This document shows, one piece after another, positions 6,085 through 13,460 of a stretch of DNA of 32,000 nucleotides; the stretch's first letter is position 1; each line of letters opens with the position of its first letter. The translations under genes were made by a program, and so were the position numbers. The notes beneath the pieces are model-generated. The model made no database searches, was not told the origin of the DNA, and saw only the letters and a list, made by a program, of their open reading frames with translations. Source of the stretch: Candidatus Saccharimonadota bacterium (lineage in GTDB: Bacteria; Patescibacteriota; Microgenomatia; UBA1406; GWC2-37-13); the NCBI GenBank assembly GCA_016432445.1, contig CP066689.1:570001-602000 (forward strand), in the 5' to 3' direction.

Positions 6085-8790
6085 ATGTGTGGGATTGCGG
6101 GATTTTACGGTTTCAGAAATGATGACCTTATCAAAAAAATCTCCAAGGAACTCGAGCATCGGGGACCTGATGGCGAGGGCTTCTTAATTGATGAAAAAGT
6201 AACTCTTCTTAATAGGCGATTGGCTATAATTGACCGCAAGGGCGGAGATCAGCCAATCTACAATGAGGATAAAACCCTGTCAGTGGTTTACAACGGAGAG
6301 ATTTACAACTACCAGGCACTACGAAAAGAGCTTGAGGAAAAGGGTCACAAGTTTTCAACGAATTCCGATACTGAAATAATAGTTCACGGTTATGAAGAAT
6401 GGAAAGACGAATGTTTTGACAAGTTTAATGGTATGTTTGCTATTGCGCTATATGATTTAAAAAATCAGGAACTCATCTTAGTTCGTGATCATTTCGGAAT
6501 AAAACCGCTGTATTATTCGATGATTAATGAAAATAATTTAATTTTTTCATCTGAAATAAAACCAATCATAAATTCCGGATTAATTAAAAAAGAGCCAAAC
6601 GATAAGATCATATACCGGTATCTTAATTACAGGGTGCATGACGATCAAAAGGAAACTTTTTTTAAGGATGTGCACAAACTGATGCCGGGGGAGATGATGG
6701 TGATTCAGGATTCAGGATTCAAGATTCAAGAATTTTCTAGTTTAGAAAAGACACTTATGTCATTTCGAACCCCGAGTTTATCGAGGGGTGAGAAATCTAG
6801 CGATAGCGCTTCGCTGGATTTCTCGCCTTCGGCTCGAAATGACAAAGATAGCATTATTGAGTTTCGTAATAAACTAACCGAGTCGATACGCTTAAGACTA
6901 ATTTCTGAAGTACCTGTGGGAACATGCTTATCTGGAGGCTTGGATTCTTCAACTGTTGTTGCGATAGTTAACAAACTTCTTAAGGAAAAAGTAAAAGAGG
7001 CTGAGTCAGTCGGAAAAAAACAAAATACTTTTTCGGCTGTTTTTCCAAACTCTTCTAATAATGAGGAAAAATATATTGATACATTAATTTCAAATTTTAA
7101 ATTTCAAATTTCAAATTATAAAATTTATCCTAAGGCAGAAGAATTTTTTGTTGAACTTGAAGATTTTTTAAAGACTCAGGAAGAGCCGACTATAAGTACT
7201 GGTCCTTATGCTCAGTATAAGGTCATGCAAGAGGCGCATAAGCAAGTTACTGTTCTTCTTGATGGCCAAGGCTCAGATGAGATGATGGCTGGATATTTGC
7301 CATATTACTTTGTTTATTTGAACCAGCTAAAAAAAGAAGGAAAATTTTTAACGCTAGTTAAAGAGATTATTGGATCATTAGATATTCTTACGAAATTTTT
7401 TTATCAAAAAACATTATTTTTTATTGGTTTTAAAAAATATATCTTGCCAAGATTATTGATGAATAAAGAGTTTGCGGAAAGATATAAAGAGCAAAGATTT
7501 GTAATGACAAATGACAATCTCAAAAAGCGGTTGATTGAAGATATTTTTCACAATAGCTTACCTTCACTGCTTCGTTATGAAGATAAAAACTCAATGCGTT
7601 TTTCTATTGAAGGACGCGTGCCTTTTTTGGATTTTAATCTTTTAAAATATATTTTTAGCTTGGATGATAAGGCAATTATTGATGGAGGTTGGAATAAAAA
7701 TATCTTAAGAGGAGCTGTCAAAGATCTTTTACCTGAGATTATAACCAAAAGACGAAATAAGATAGGGTTTACTACCCCCGAACAGGAATGGTTTTTAAAA
7801 ATGAAAAATAGGATTTATTCACTTTTCATGAGTGAATCTTTTGCAAAAAGACCATATTTTAATCAGCCGGAGATATTAAAAAAATTTCAAAAGTTTATCG
7901 AGGGCAAGACAGATGACACCATGGTTTTTTGGCGGATACTTAATTTGGAAATGTGGTTAAGAATTTTCTTTGACCCATCTCCAATGATTCATAAGACAAA
8001 AGAAAGATCAATATTCTCTCCTAATGCGGGTAAGAAATTAGAAATTACGATAGGGACAGGCCGCGACCTGTCCGTACAGCAATCGTATTTCCGTTTTCCA
8101 ATCAAAACTGAAATTTTTCAAAAAGGCGATGATGTTTCTAAAAAAGTTATCAAACATATAAATATATTCTTGCGGCAGTTTGAAAATAAAGTTCAGTTTA
8201 AAAAATTGCAGGACAAAGATTGGTTTATAGTTTTATCAGAAAAGATTGTAGCCATTTCTCAAGGCAGGTCTTACTTTATCTGGGATATTAAACCGGGGTT
8301 TTGGGCTAAGACTTTATCAAGGTTTGTTAAGAGAACTCCTTATGGTATTGGGTTGGGAAGTCCGTGGACAATGCAGTTGGCAATAGGCGAGATTGGGGTG
8401 GTTAGGGTAATATTAGCGTCAATATTAGGGGTATTAGGAAGATTGGTGGGGGCTAGGGGGATTTTTTATATAGTTGCCGGTAATAATATTAGGGCGATTG
8501 ATGGGCCTACAGAATATTCTCTTTATCCATCAAATGTCTCAGCAAAACTGGCTCCAAAAAATCCTCAAAAAGCCGCAAAGGCTATTCATGAAGATGTTAT
8601 AAAATCTTTACCCAAAACAAAAACTAAAAACTTTCAAGGTATAGTAATAATTGACGCTAATGATTTAGGAAGAAACGTTTTAGGCAACTCTACCAGATAC
8701 AATGACAGATTAGTTGAACAGATCTTTAAAGATAATCCAATGGGGCAATCCGGTGAACAGACTCCATTGACAATAGTTTATAGTATTTAG
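6085..8790 (+). CDS. fusion protein: glutamine-hydrolysing asparagine synthetase-like (AsnB family) N-terminal ~640 aa plus CofE-like (F420-0:gamma-glutamyl ligase family) C-terminal ~240 aa
   Basis: The MCGIAGF Ntn-amidotransferase nucleophile requires Cys as residue 2, so I start at ATG 6085 rather than 6076. The PP-loop is CLSGGLDSSTVVAI. The C-terminal part carries KGDDVSKKVI, IVLSEKIVAISQGR, GIVIIDANDLGR and NPMGQSGEQTPLTIV, which match my recollection of CofE-family motifs. Confidence 0.85.
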   Translation: MCGIAGFYGFRNDDLIKKISKELEHRGPDGEGFLIDEKVTLLNRRLAIIDRKGGDQPIYNEDKTLSVVYNGEIYNYQALRKELEEKGHKFSTNSDTEIIVHGYEEWKDECFDKFNGMFAIALYDLKNQELILVRDHFGIKPLYYSMINENNLIFSSEIKPIINSGLIKKEPNDKIIYRYLNYRVHDDQKETFFKDVHKLMPGEMMVIQDSGFKIQEFSSLEKTLMSFRTPSLSRGEKSSDSASLDFSPSARNDKDSIIEFRNKLTESIRLRLISEVPVGTCLSGGLDSSTVVAIVNKLLKEKVKEAESVGKKQNTFSAVFPNSSNNEEKYIDTLISNFKFQISNYKIYPKAEEFFVELEDFLKTQEEPTISTGPYAQYKVMQEAHKQVTVLLDGQGSDEMMAGYLPYYFVYLNQLKKEGKFLTLVKEIIGSLDILTKFFYQKTLFFIGFKKYILPRLLMNKEFAERYKEQRFVMTNDNLKKRLIEDIFHNSLPSLLRYEDKNSMRFSIEGRVPFLDFNLLKYIFSLDDKAIIDGGWNKNILRGAVKDLLPEIITKRRNKIGFTTPEQEWFLKMKNRIYSLFMSESFAKRPYFNQPEILKKFQKFIEGKTDDTMVFWRILNLEMWLRIFFDPSPMIHKTKERSIFSPNAGKKLEITIGTGRDLSVQQSYFRFPIKTEIFQKGDDVSKKVIKHINIFLRQFENKVQFKKLQDKDWFIVLSEKIVAISQGRSYFIWDIKPGFWAKTLSRFVKRTPYGIGLGSPWTMQLAIGEIGVVRVILASILGVLGRLVGARGIFYIVAGNNIRAIDGPTEYSLYPSNVSAKLAPKNPQKAAKAIHEDVIKSLPKTKTKNFQGIVIIDANDLGRNVLGNSTRYNDRLVEQIFKDNPMGQSGEQTPLTIVYSI
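6702..6734 (+). repeat. GATTCAN heptamer repeat arm read in-frame (IQDSGFKIQEF)
   Basis: The units are gattcag gattcag gattcaa gattcaa gaatt. Positions 6709-6734 are identical to 12635-12660 in gatB (26 nt). Confidence 0.9.
7086..7127 (+). repeat. AATTTCA heptamer repeat arm read in-frame (ISNFKFQISNYKIY)
   Basis: The units are aatttca aatttta aatttca aatttca aattata aaattta. This is the same repeat type as 12327-12359. Confidence 0.85.
8041..8091. repeat. GC-rich nested palindrome at the AsnB/CofE domain junction
   Basis: The outer stem is gaaattacgat (8041-8051) with atcgtatttc (8082-8091). The inner stem is ggacagg (8054-8060), loop ccgcga, then cctgtcc (8067-8073). It is read in-frame as EITIGTGRDLSVQQSYF. 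Confidence 0.75.
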
Positions 8791-8805
8791 TATGATATTG
8801 GACTA

Positions 8806-9330
8806 ATGGGAGAAACTGCACGAATAAAAGGGAGCGAACTTCTTAAAACTATGCCTAGTGGAATCAAATCACAAGGAATTTTACTTGTTGATAATGATCA
8901 CGGAATGAATTTATTAAATAAAATGAGATTTGAGGATGAAGGACTTAATGTAGTTGGAGAGGTAGATAATTATTCAAAAGCGCAAGCGCATGTATCCTTA
9001 GGATTATTAGGCATTGCCGTCATAATCTTAGATAGAGATCTTAAGAGCCCAGAGGGGAATGGAGTAGATATATATAAGAAAGTTCAACAAAATCCTGAAC
9101 TAAAAGTAATAACAATAGCCTGTTGTGGTCTCATAGGAGGGGAAAAAGAACCAGGTTATGGAGAATTTTTTGTTCCTAAACCACATGATGAAGAGGATAT
9201 GTTTTTGGCTGTTGCTAATGCCTTGACAGCTGCGCATGTTCTTCAACAAAAAAATAACTCTCATCAATTGGCGGAAAGAAACGAACAAATAAATGCAAAT
9301 CAATCTTCGAGTGAGGGTCTCGTAGCTTAG
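8806..9330 (+). CDS. stand-alone receiver-like domain protein (atypical)
   Basis: Receiver landmarks are ILLVDNDHG, VIILDRDL, VITIA and FVPKPHD. There is no output domain. The start could instead be the internal Met (MPSGIK). Confidence 0.6.
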   Translation: MGETARIKGSELLKTMPSGIKSQGILLVDNDHGMNLLNKMRFEDEGLNVVGEVDNYSKAQAHVSLGLLGIAVIILDRDLKSPEGNGVDIYKKVQQNPELKVITIACCGLIGGEKEPGYGEFFVPKPHDEEDMFLAVANALTAAHVLQQKNNSHQLAERNEQINANQSSSEGLVA

Positions 9331-9373
9331 TAACTAAAAAAACTTCAATGAAAGATTAATGATGTGGTAATAG

Positions 9374-9402
9374 TTGACTTTGACGGTTATTAATCCTATA
9401 AT
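9374..9402 (+). promoter_or_regulatory. near-consensus sigma70 promoter
   Basis: TTGACT (9374-9379), an exact 17-nt spacer, then TATAAT (9397-9402). It lies 145 nt upstream of ATG 9548. Confidence 0.6.
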
Positions 9403-9547
9403 ATGACCCCATGGTATATTCAGGAGCAGGCTGTCAATTATAGAAATCTTGCTGTAGCTGCCTGTTCTATCTCAAAAATTATCATGATTCTTAAGAGAGA
9501 TTAACAAACAAATTATTTTTATAGCTCTAAAAGCGAGAGATTCACTA

Positions 9548-10231
9548 ATGGAAACTAAAAAAGCAAAAGGCGATACTAATCCAATTATTTATATTTGTGG
9601 GTTATCTAAAGGTTGGGGGTTGATGCCAGCCCCTGAGTTTGATGCCGCGAGTAAATTAGAAAAGGGCATACTCCTACCCATGAAATGTTTGAGTTTAGAT
9701 TTAACTCCAGAAGATCAAACTGTAATTTCAAGATACGCCGCTCTAGCTTCCCAAGCGCTGCTGGGTTATGTTGAGGAAGCACGCTCAAGGAATCCTTCAG
9801 TACTCGTAGATAATTTGTTGATTGACCGAGAAAATTTAGTAAAAGAAGATCAAGACTTGGCAGATTTACAAAGAGAAGAAATTTTAGAAGATATATATGA
9901 CCTAAGGTCTGGATTAAGAAATTGCGAACATAGAGTAGCAATTGACGAATATAGATCAACAAAAGATTTATCACCATTTTATAACGAGGTGGCTAGGGAT
10001 AAAGAATTAGAAAGATTTTGTAATATGCTGGGTGAAAATATAAAAGTAACGGAATATGATGATTGTAGCCATCCTATAATGATTCCAACAGGAATTGATG
10101 GGGTAGCTATAAAAGTGGAATTTTTTAGAAAAGAAAAAGGTAGAACCAAAGTAAATTACGGGATTACTTATGGCCAAAGCGCAATAGATATATTAAAAGA
10201 TATGCCTCGATTATTACCAATACTTAAGTAG
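9548..10231 (+). CDS. hypothetical protein (227 aa)
   Basis: A long ORF with acidic, coiled-coil-like central segments. No family recognised. Confidence 0.6.
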   Translation: METKKAKGDTNPIIYICGLSKGWGLMPAPEFDAASKLEKGILLPMKCLSLDLTPEDQTVISRYAALASQALLGYVEEARSRNPSVLVDNLLIDRENLVKEDQDLADLQREEILEDIYDLRSGLRNCEHRVAIDEYRSTKDLSPFYNEVARDKELERFCNMLGENIKVTEYDDCSHPIMIPTGIDGVAIKVEFFRKEKGRTKVNYGITYGQSAIDILKDMPRLLPILK

Positions 10232-10330
10232 TTTTAACATTAAAAGAAATCAACACCGTACGTTGACTGGCCGTAATTTGGAAGTGATTAATTGAAAGTT
10301 TTCTCCTTAAAAATACGCTATAATTGCTTC

Positions 10331-10621
10331 ATGGCGAAGAAAACACTTACAAAAGAAGAAATTATTCATCTTTCAAAATTAGCTAATCTTTCTTTAACAG
10401 AAGAAGAGATTGAAATTTACGGATCACAGCTTAGTGAGATCTTAAGTTATATTGAACAACTGGAAGAGGTGGATACTTCAAAAGTTTCTTCAACTGCTCA
10501 AGTGACTGAACTTAAAAATGTGACAGAAGAAGATGAAGTTAAAGAAGAAAGATCAATCAAAGATTTAGCCGGGCTCAAGGTCAATAAAGATAATTATTTT
10601 ACCGTTAAGAGAATTCGTTAA
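10331..10621 (+). CDS. gatC: Asp/Glu-tRNA amidotransferase subunit C
   Basis: MAKKTLTKEEIIHLSKLANLSLTEEEIEIYGSQLSEILSYIEQLEEVDT is the classic GatC pattern. I use ATG 10331; the track start at 10292 is a TTG extension. gatA follows immediately. Confidence 0.85.
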   Translation: MAKKTLTKEEIIHLSKLANLSLTEEEIEIYGSQLSEILSYIEQLEEVDTSKVSSTAQVTELKNVTEEDEVKEERSIKDLAGLKVNKDNYFTVKRIR

Positions 10622-10622
10622 T

Positions 10623-12002
10623 ATGGATATTTTAAAAGCTTCAATCTCTAAACTTAGACAACTAATAAAGGATAATAAAATATCTTCGGAAGAGATTGTT
10701 GCACAAATTTCTGAAAGAATAAATAAGGAAAATCCAAAATTAAATGCATTGCTGACAGTTGTTGAAAAGCCTGAGGTTAATGAAAACATGAAAGATAAAC
10801 CGCTTTATGGAATTGCTTTTACTTTGAAAGATACTTATGTCACAAAGGGAATAAGAACAACAGCCGGTTCAAGATTGTTAGAGAATTATATTCCTCAATA
10901 CGACGCAACAGTTTATAAAAAACTAAAGGAAGCTGGGGCTGTCCTTATTGGAAAAACCAACTGCGATGCTTGGGGGCATGGATCCTCGACGGAAAATTCG
11001 GATTTTGGTGTTACCAAAAATCCATGGAATCAAGATTATGTTGCTGGAGGATCAAGTGGCGGATCAGCTGCAGCTGTTGCATCTCATTTGAGTCCATTTA
11101 GCATTGGAGAAGATACAGGAGGATCAATAAGACAACCGGCTTCTTTTTGTTCAGTAGTTGGACTAAAGGTTTCTTATGGCTTAGTTTCACGATATGGATC
11201 TATTGCTTATGCGTCGTCTTTAGATACAGTTGGTCCAATCACAAAAACCGTTGAGGACTGCGCTTTGGTACTTGATGTTATTGCTGGTAATGATAATCAG
11301 GATGCCACTACAAATCCGGCTAAACCATCGCATTATAGTAAATCCATAAACAACGATATAAAAGGTTTTAAGATTGGCATTCCCAAAGAATACTTTGTAG
11401 AGGGCATTGATAAAGAAGTTGCTGAACAAGTGGAGAATTCAATAAAGTTATTTAAGAAAATGGGATGTGAGATAGTTGATATAACGATGCCAATGACAAG
11501 ATATGCTTTGTCAACATATTATTTGATCGCCACAAGTGAGACCAGTTCTAATCTTGGCCGTTATGATGGAATAAGATATGGTAACTCAAGAAAAGATTTT
11601 GGAGCTGAAGCTAAAAGGAGAATAATGCTTGGTACTTTTACTCTGTCTGCTGGCTATTATGACGCCTATTACAAAAAAGCTACAAAAGTAAGGACACTTA
11701 TTAAAAATGATTTTGACCAAGCGTTTAAAAAAGTAGATATCATTTTAGCTCCAGTTTCACCAACTCCAGCTTTTAAAATAGGTGAAAAGGTTAATAATCC
11801 ATTACAAATGTATTTATCAGATATTCTTACAATTCCAGTTAATTTAGCTGGTATTCCTGCACTTTCTGTACCTGCCGGATTTACAAAATACAAGTTACCA
11901 GTGGGTGTGCAGCTTATCGGTAATCGATTTGAAGAGGAAAAATTACTAAACATTGGTCATAAATTCGAACAAGAACGGGGAGAGTTACCGTCAATCGATT
12001 AA
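10623..12002 (+). CDS. gatA: Asp/Glu-tRNA amidotransferase subunit A
   Basis: It has the amidase signature GGSSGGSAAAVA and GEDTGGSIRQPASFC. Its size (459 aa) and position between gatC and gatB fit. Confidence 0.95.
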   Translation: MDILKASISKLRQLIKDNKISSEEIVAQISERINKENPKLNALLTVVEKPEVNENMKDKPLYGIAFTLKDTYVTKGIRTTAGSRLLENYIPQYDATVYKKLKEAGAVLIGKTNCDAWGHGSSTENSDFGVTKNPWNQDYVAGGSSGGSAAAVASHLSPFSIGEDTGGSIRQPASFCSVVGLKVSYGLVSRYGSIAYASSLDTVGPITKTVEDCALVLDVIAGNDNQDATTNPAKPSHYSKSINNDIKGFKIGIPKEYFVEGIDKEVAEQVENSIKLFKKMGCEIVDITMPMTRYALSTYYLIATSETSSNLGRYDGIRYGNSRKDFGAEAKRRIMLGTFTLSAGYYDAYYKKATKVRTLIKNDFDQAFKKVDIILAPVSPTPAFKIGEKVNNPLQMYLSDILTIPVNLAGIPALSVPAGFTKYKLPVGVQLIGNRFEEEKLLNIGHKFEQERGELPSID

Positions 12003-12004
12003 CT

Positions 12005-13399
12005 ATGTATAAATATCAGCCGGTAATTGGTTTAGAAATACACGTAGAGCTTAAGACAAAATCCAAAATGTTTTGTCAGGACAGCGCTGATTATTTTGGA
12101 AAAAAACCGAACACTCATGTTTGTCCTGTCTGTTTAGGCTTACCTGGAGCTTTGCCCGTACCAAACAAAAAGGCCATTGAATGGACTATTCTTATTGGTC
12201 AGGCTTTAAACTGCTCAATAAACAAAGTTTCTAAATTTGACCGTAAACATTATTTCTATCCTGATTTACCCAAGGGATATCAGATTAGTCAGTATGACGA
12301 ACCAATCGCCAGCAATGGCTGGCTAAAATTTCAAATTTCAAATTTCAAATTTCAAATTAAGGAAAAAAAATTTAGGATTCACAGAGTTCATCTTGAAGAA
12401 GATACGGGTAAATTGATTCATTCTGGTTCAGATACATTAGTGGACTTCAATCGTTCTGGCGTTCCATTGGTTGAGATTGTGACTGAACCTGATTTTGATA
12501 ATTCTGATGACGTTAAAAGATTCCTCGAAGAACTTCACACGATTATTCGTTACCTCGGTGTTTCTGATGCGGATATGGAAAAAGGGAGTATGAGACTTGA
12601 GCCGAATATCTCTCTTCGCAAAATTTCGATTCAAGATTCAGGATTCAAGATTCAAGAATTACCAAATTACAAAGTCGAGGTGAAGAATATTAATTCATTT
12701 AATTTTGTAAAACGGGCGATTGAGTATGAGATTAAACGCCAAACTGAGATTCTAGAAAAAGGGGAGACTCCAGCACAAGAAACCAGAGGTTTTGATAGCG
12801 TTAAAGGAATTACTTATAGCCAGCGGTCAAAAGAAGAAGCCCATGATTACCGCTATTTTCCCGAGCCCGACATTCCCCCGCTTGAGTTTACATATAAAGA
12901 GATTGAGGATATAAAAAAAAAGCTTCCCGAACTGCCAAGTGATAAAGAAAAAAGGTTGATAAAGGAGTATAGGTTAAAAGCTCAGGATGCGTTTATATTG
13001 ACAAGAGACTTGAGAATTGCAGATTACTTTGAAAAAGTTACTGATGAGTTTAATAAATTAATGCTGGTTCAGGATAAGGCATCAGTAGACATTGAAAAAC
13101 AACAATCATTAGGTCAAACTATTGCTAATTTAATAGTGAATAAAAGATTATCTACTTCACTAGATCCGGAAGAATTTGCAAAAAAAGCAATAACTTCAAC
13201 AGTAACTTATATTGCAGATAGAGAAAAAATGGATAAAGCAGTGAGTAAGGTAATCGATGATTTTCCTAAAGCAGTCGAAGATTATAAAGCAGGAAAAACA
13301 AATTCGATTATGTTTTTGGTTGGTCAAGTAATGAAAGAAATGAAAGGACAAGTAGACGCCAATACTGTTAAGAAAAAACTGATTAAAATATTAAAATAA
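12005..13399 (+). CDS. gatB: Asp/Glu-tRNA amidotransferase subunit B
   Basis: Conserved blocks are VIGLEIHVELKTKSKMF, KFDRKHYFYPDLPKGYQISQ, HLEEDTGK, DFNRSGVPLVEIV and DYRYFPEPD, plus the C-terminal GatB/YqeY tail. Confidence 0.95.
   Translation: MYKYQPVIGLEIHVELKTKSKMFCQDSADYFGKKPNTHVCPVCLGLPGALPVPNKKAIEWTILIGQALNCSINKVSKFDRKHYFYPDLPKGYQISQYDEPIASNGWLKFQISNFKFQIKEKKFRIHRVHLEEDTGKLIHSGSDTLVDFNRSGVPLVEIVTEPDFDNSDDVKRFLEELHTIIRYLGVSDADMEKGSMRLEPNISLRKISIQDSGFKIQELPNYKVEVKNINSFNFVKRAIEYEIKRQTEILEKGETPAQETRGFDSVKGITYSQRSKEEAHDYRYFPEPDIPPLEFTYKEIEDIKKKLPELPSDKEKRLIKEYRLKAQDAFILTRDLRIADYFEKVTDEFNKLMLVQDKASVDIEKQQSLGQTIANLIVNKRLSTSLDPEEFAKKAITSTVTYIADREKMDKAVSKVIDDFPKAVEDYKAGKTNSIMFLVGQVMKEMKGQVDANTVKKKLIKILK
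12327..12359 (+). repeat. AATTTCA heptamer repeat arm read in-frame in gatB (KFQISNFKFQIK)
   Basis: aatttca x4 followed by aatta; direct reading. Confidence 0.9.
12628..12660 (+). repeat. GATTCAN heptamer repeat arm read in-frame in gatB (IQDSGFKIQEL)
   Basis: The units are gattcaa gattcag gattcaa gattcaa gaatt. There is 26-nt identity with 6709-6734, in the same reading phase. Confidence 0.9.
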
Positions 13400-13402
13400 C
13401 TC

Positions 13403-13449
13403 GATTCAAGATTCACGATTCATGAATCTTAAATCTTGAATCATGAATC
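13403..13449. repeat. GATTCA-type palindromic hairpin between gatB and dnaE
   Basis: gattcaagatt (13403-13413) pairs with aatcttgaatc (13432-13442). The inner stem is gattca/tgaatc (13417-13428). An extra atgaatc unit supplies the ORF-track ATG at 13443. Confidence 0.85.
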
Positions 13450-13460
13450 AAAAAATAAAT

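Noticed and set aside
9403-9547. A known riboswitch class in the long leader of the 227-aa gene.
   Set aside because: I could not match any riboswitch consensus I know (TPP, SAM, FMN, glycine, c-di-GMP, preQ1, ZTP and others) by eye. It is kept only as a generic structured-leader lead.
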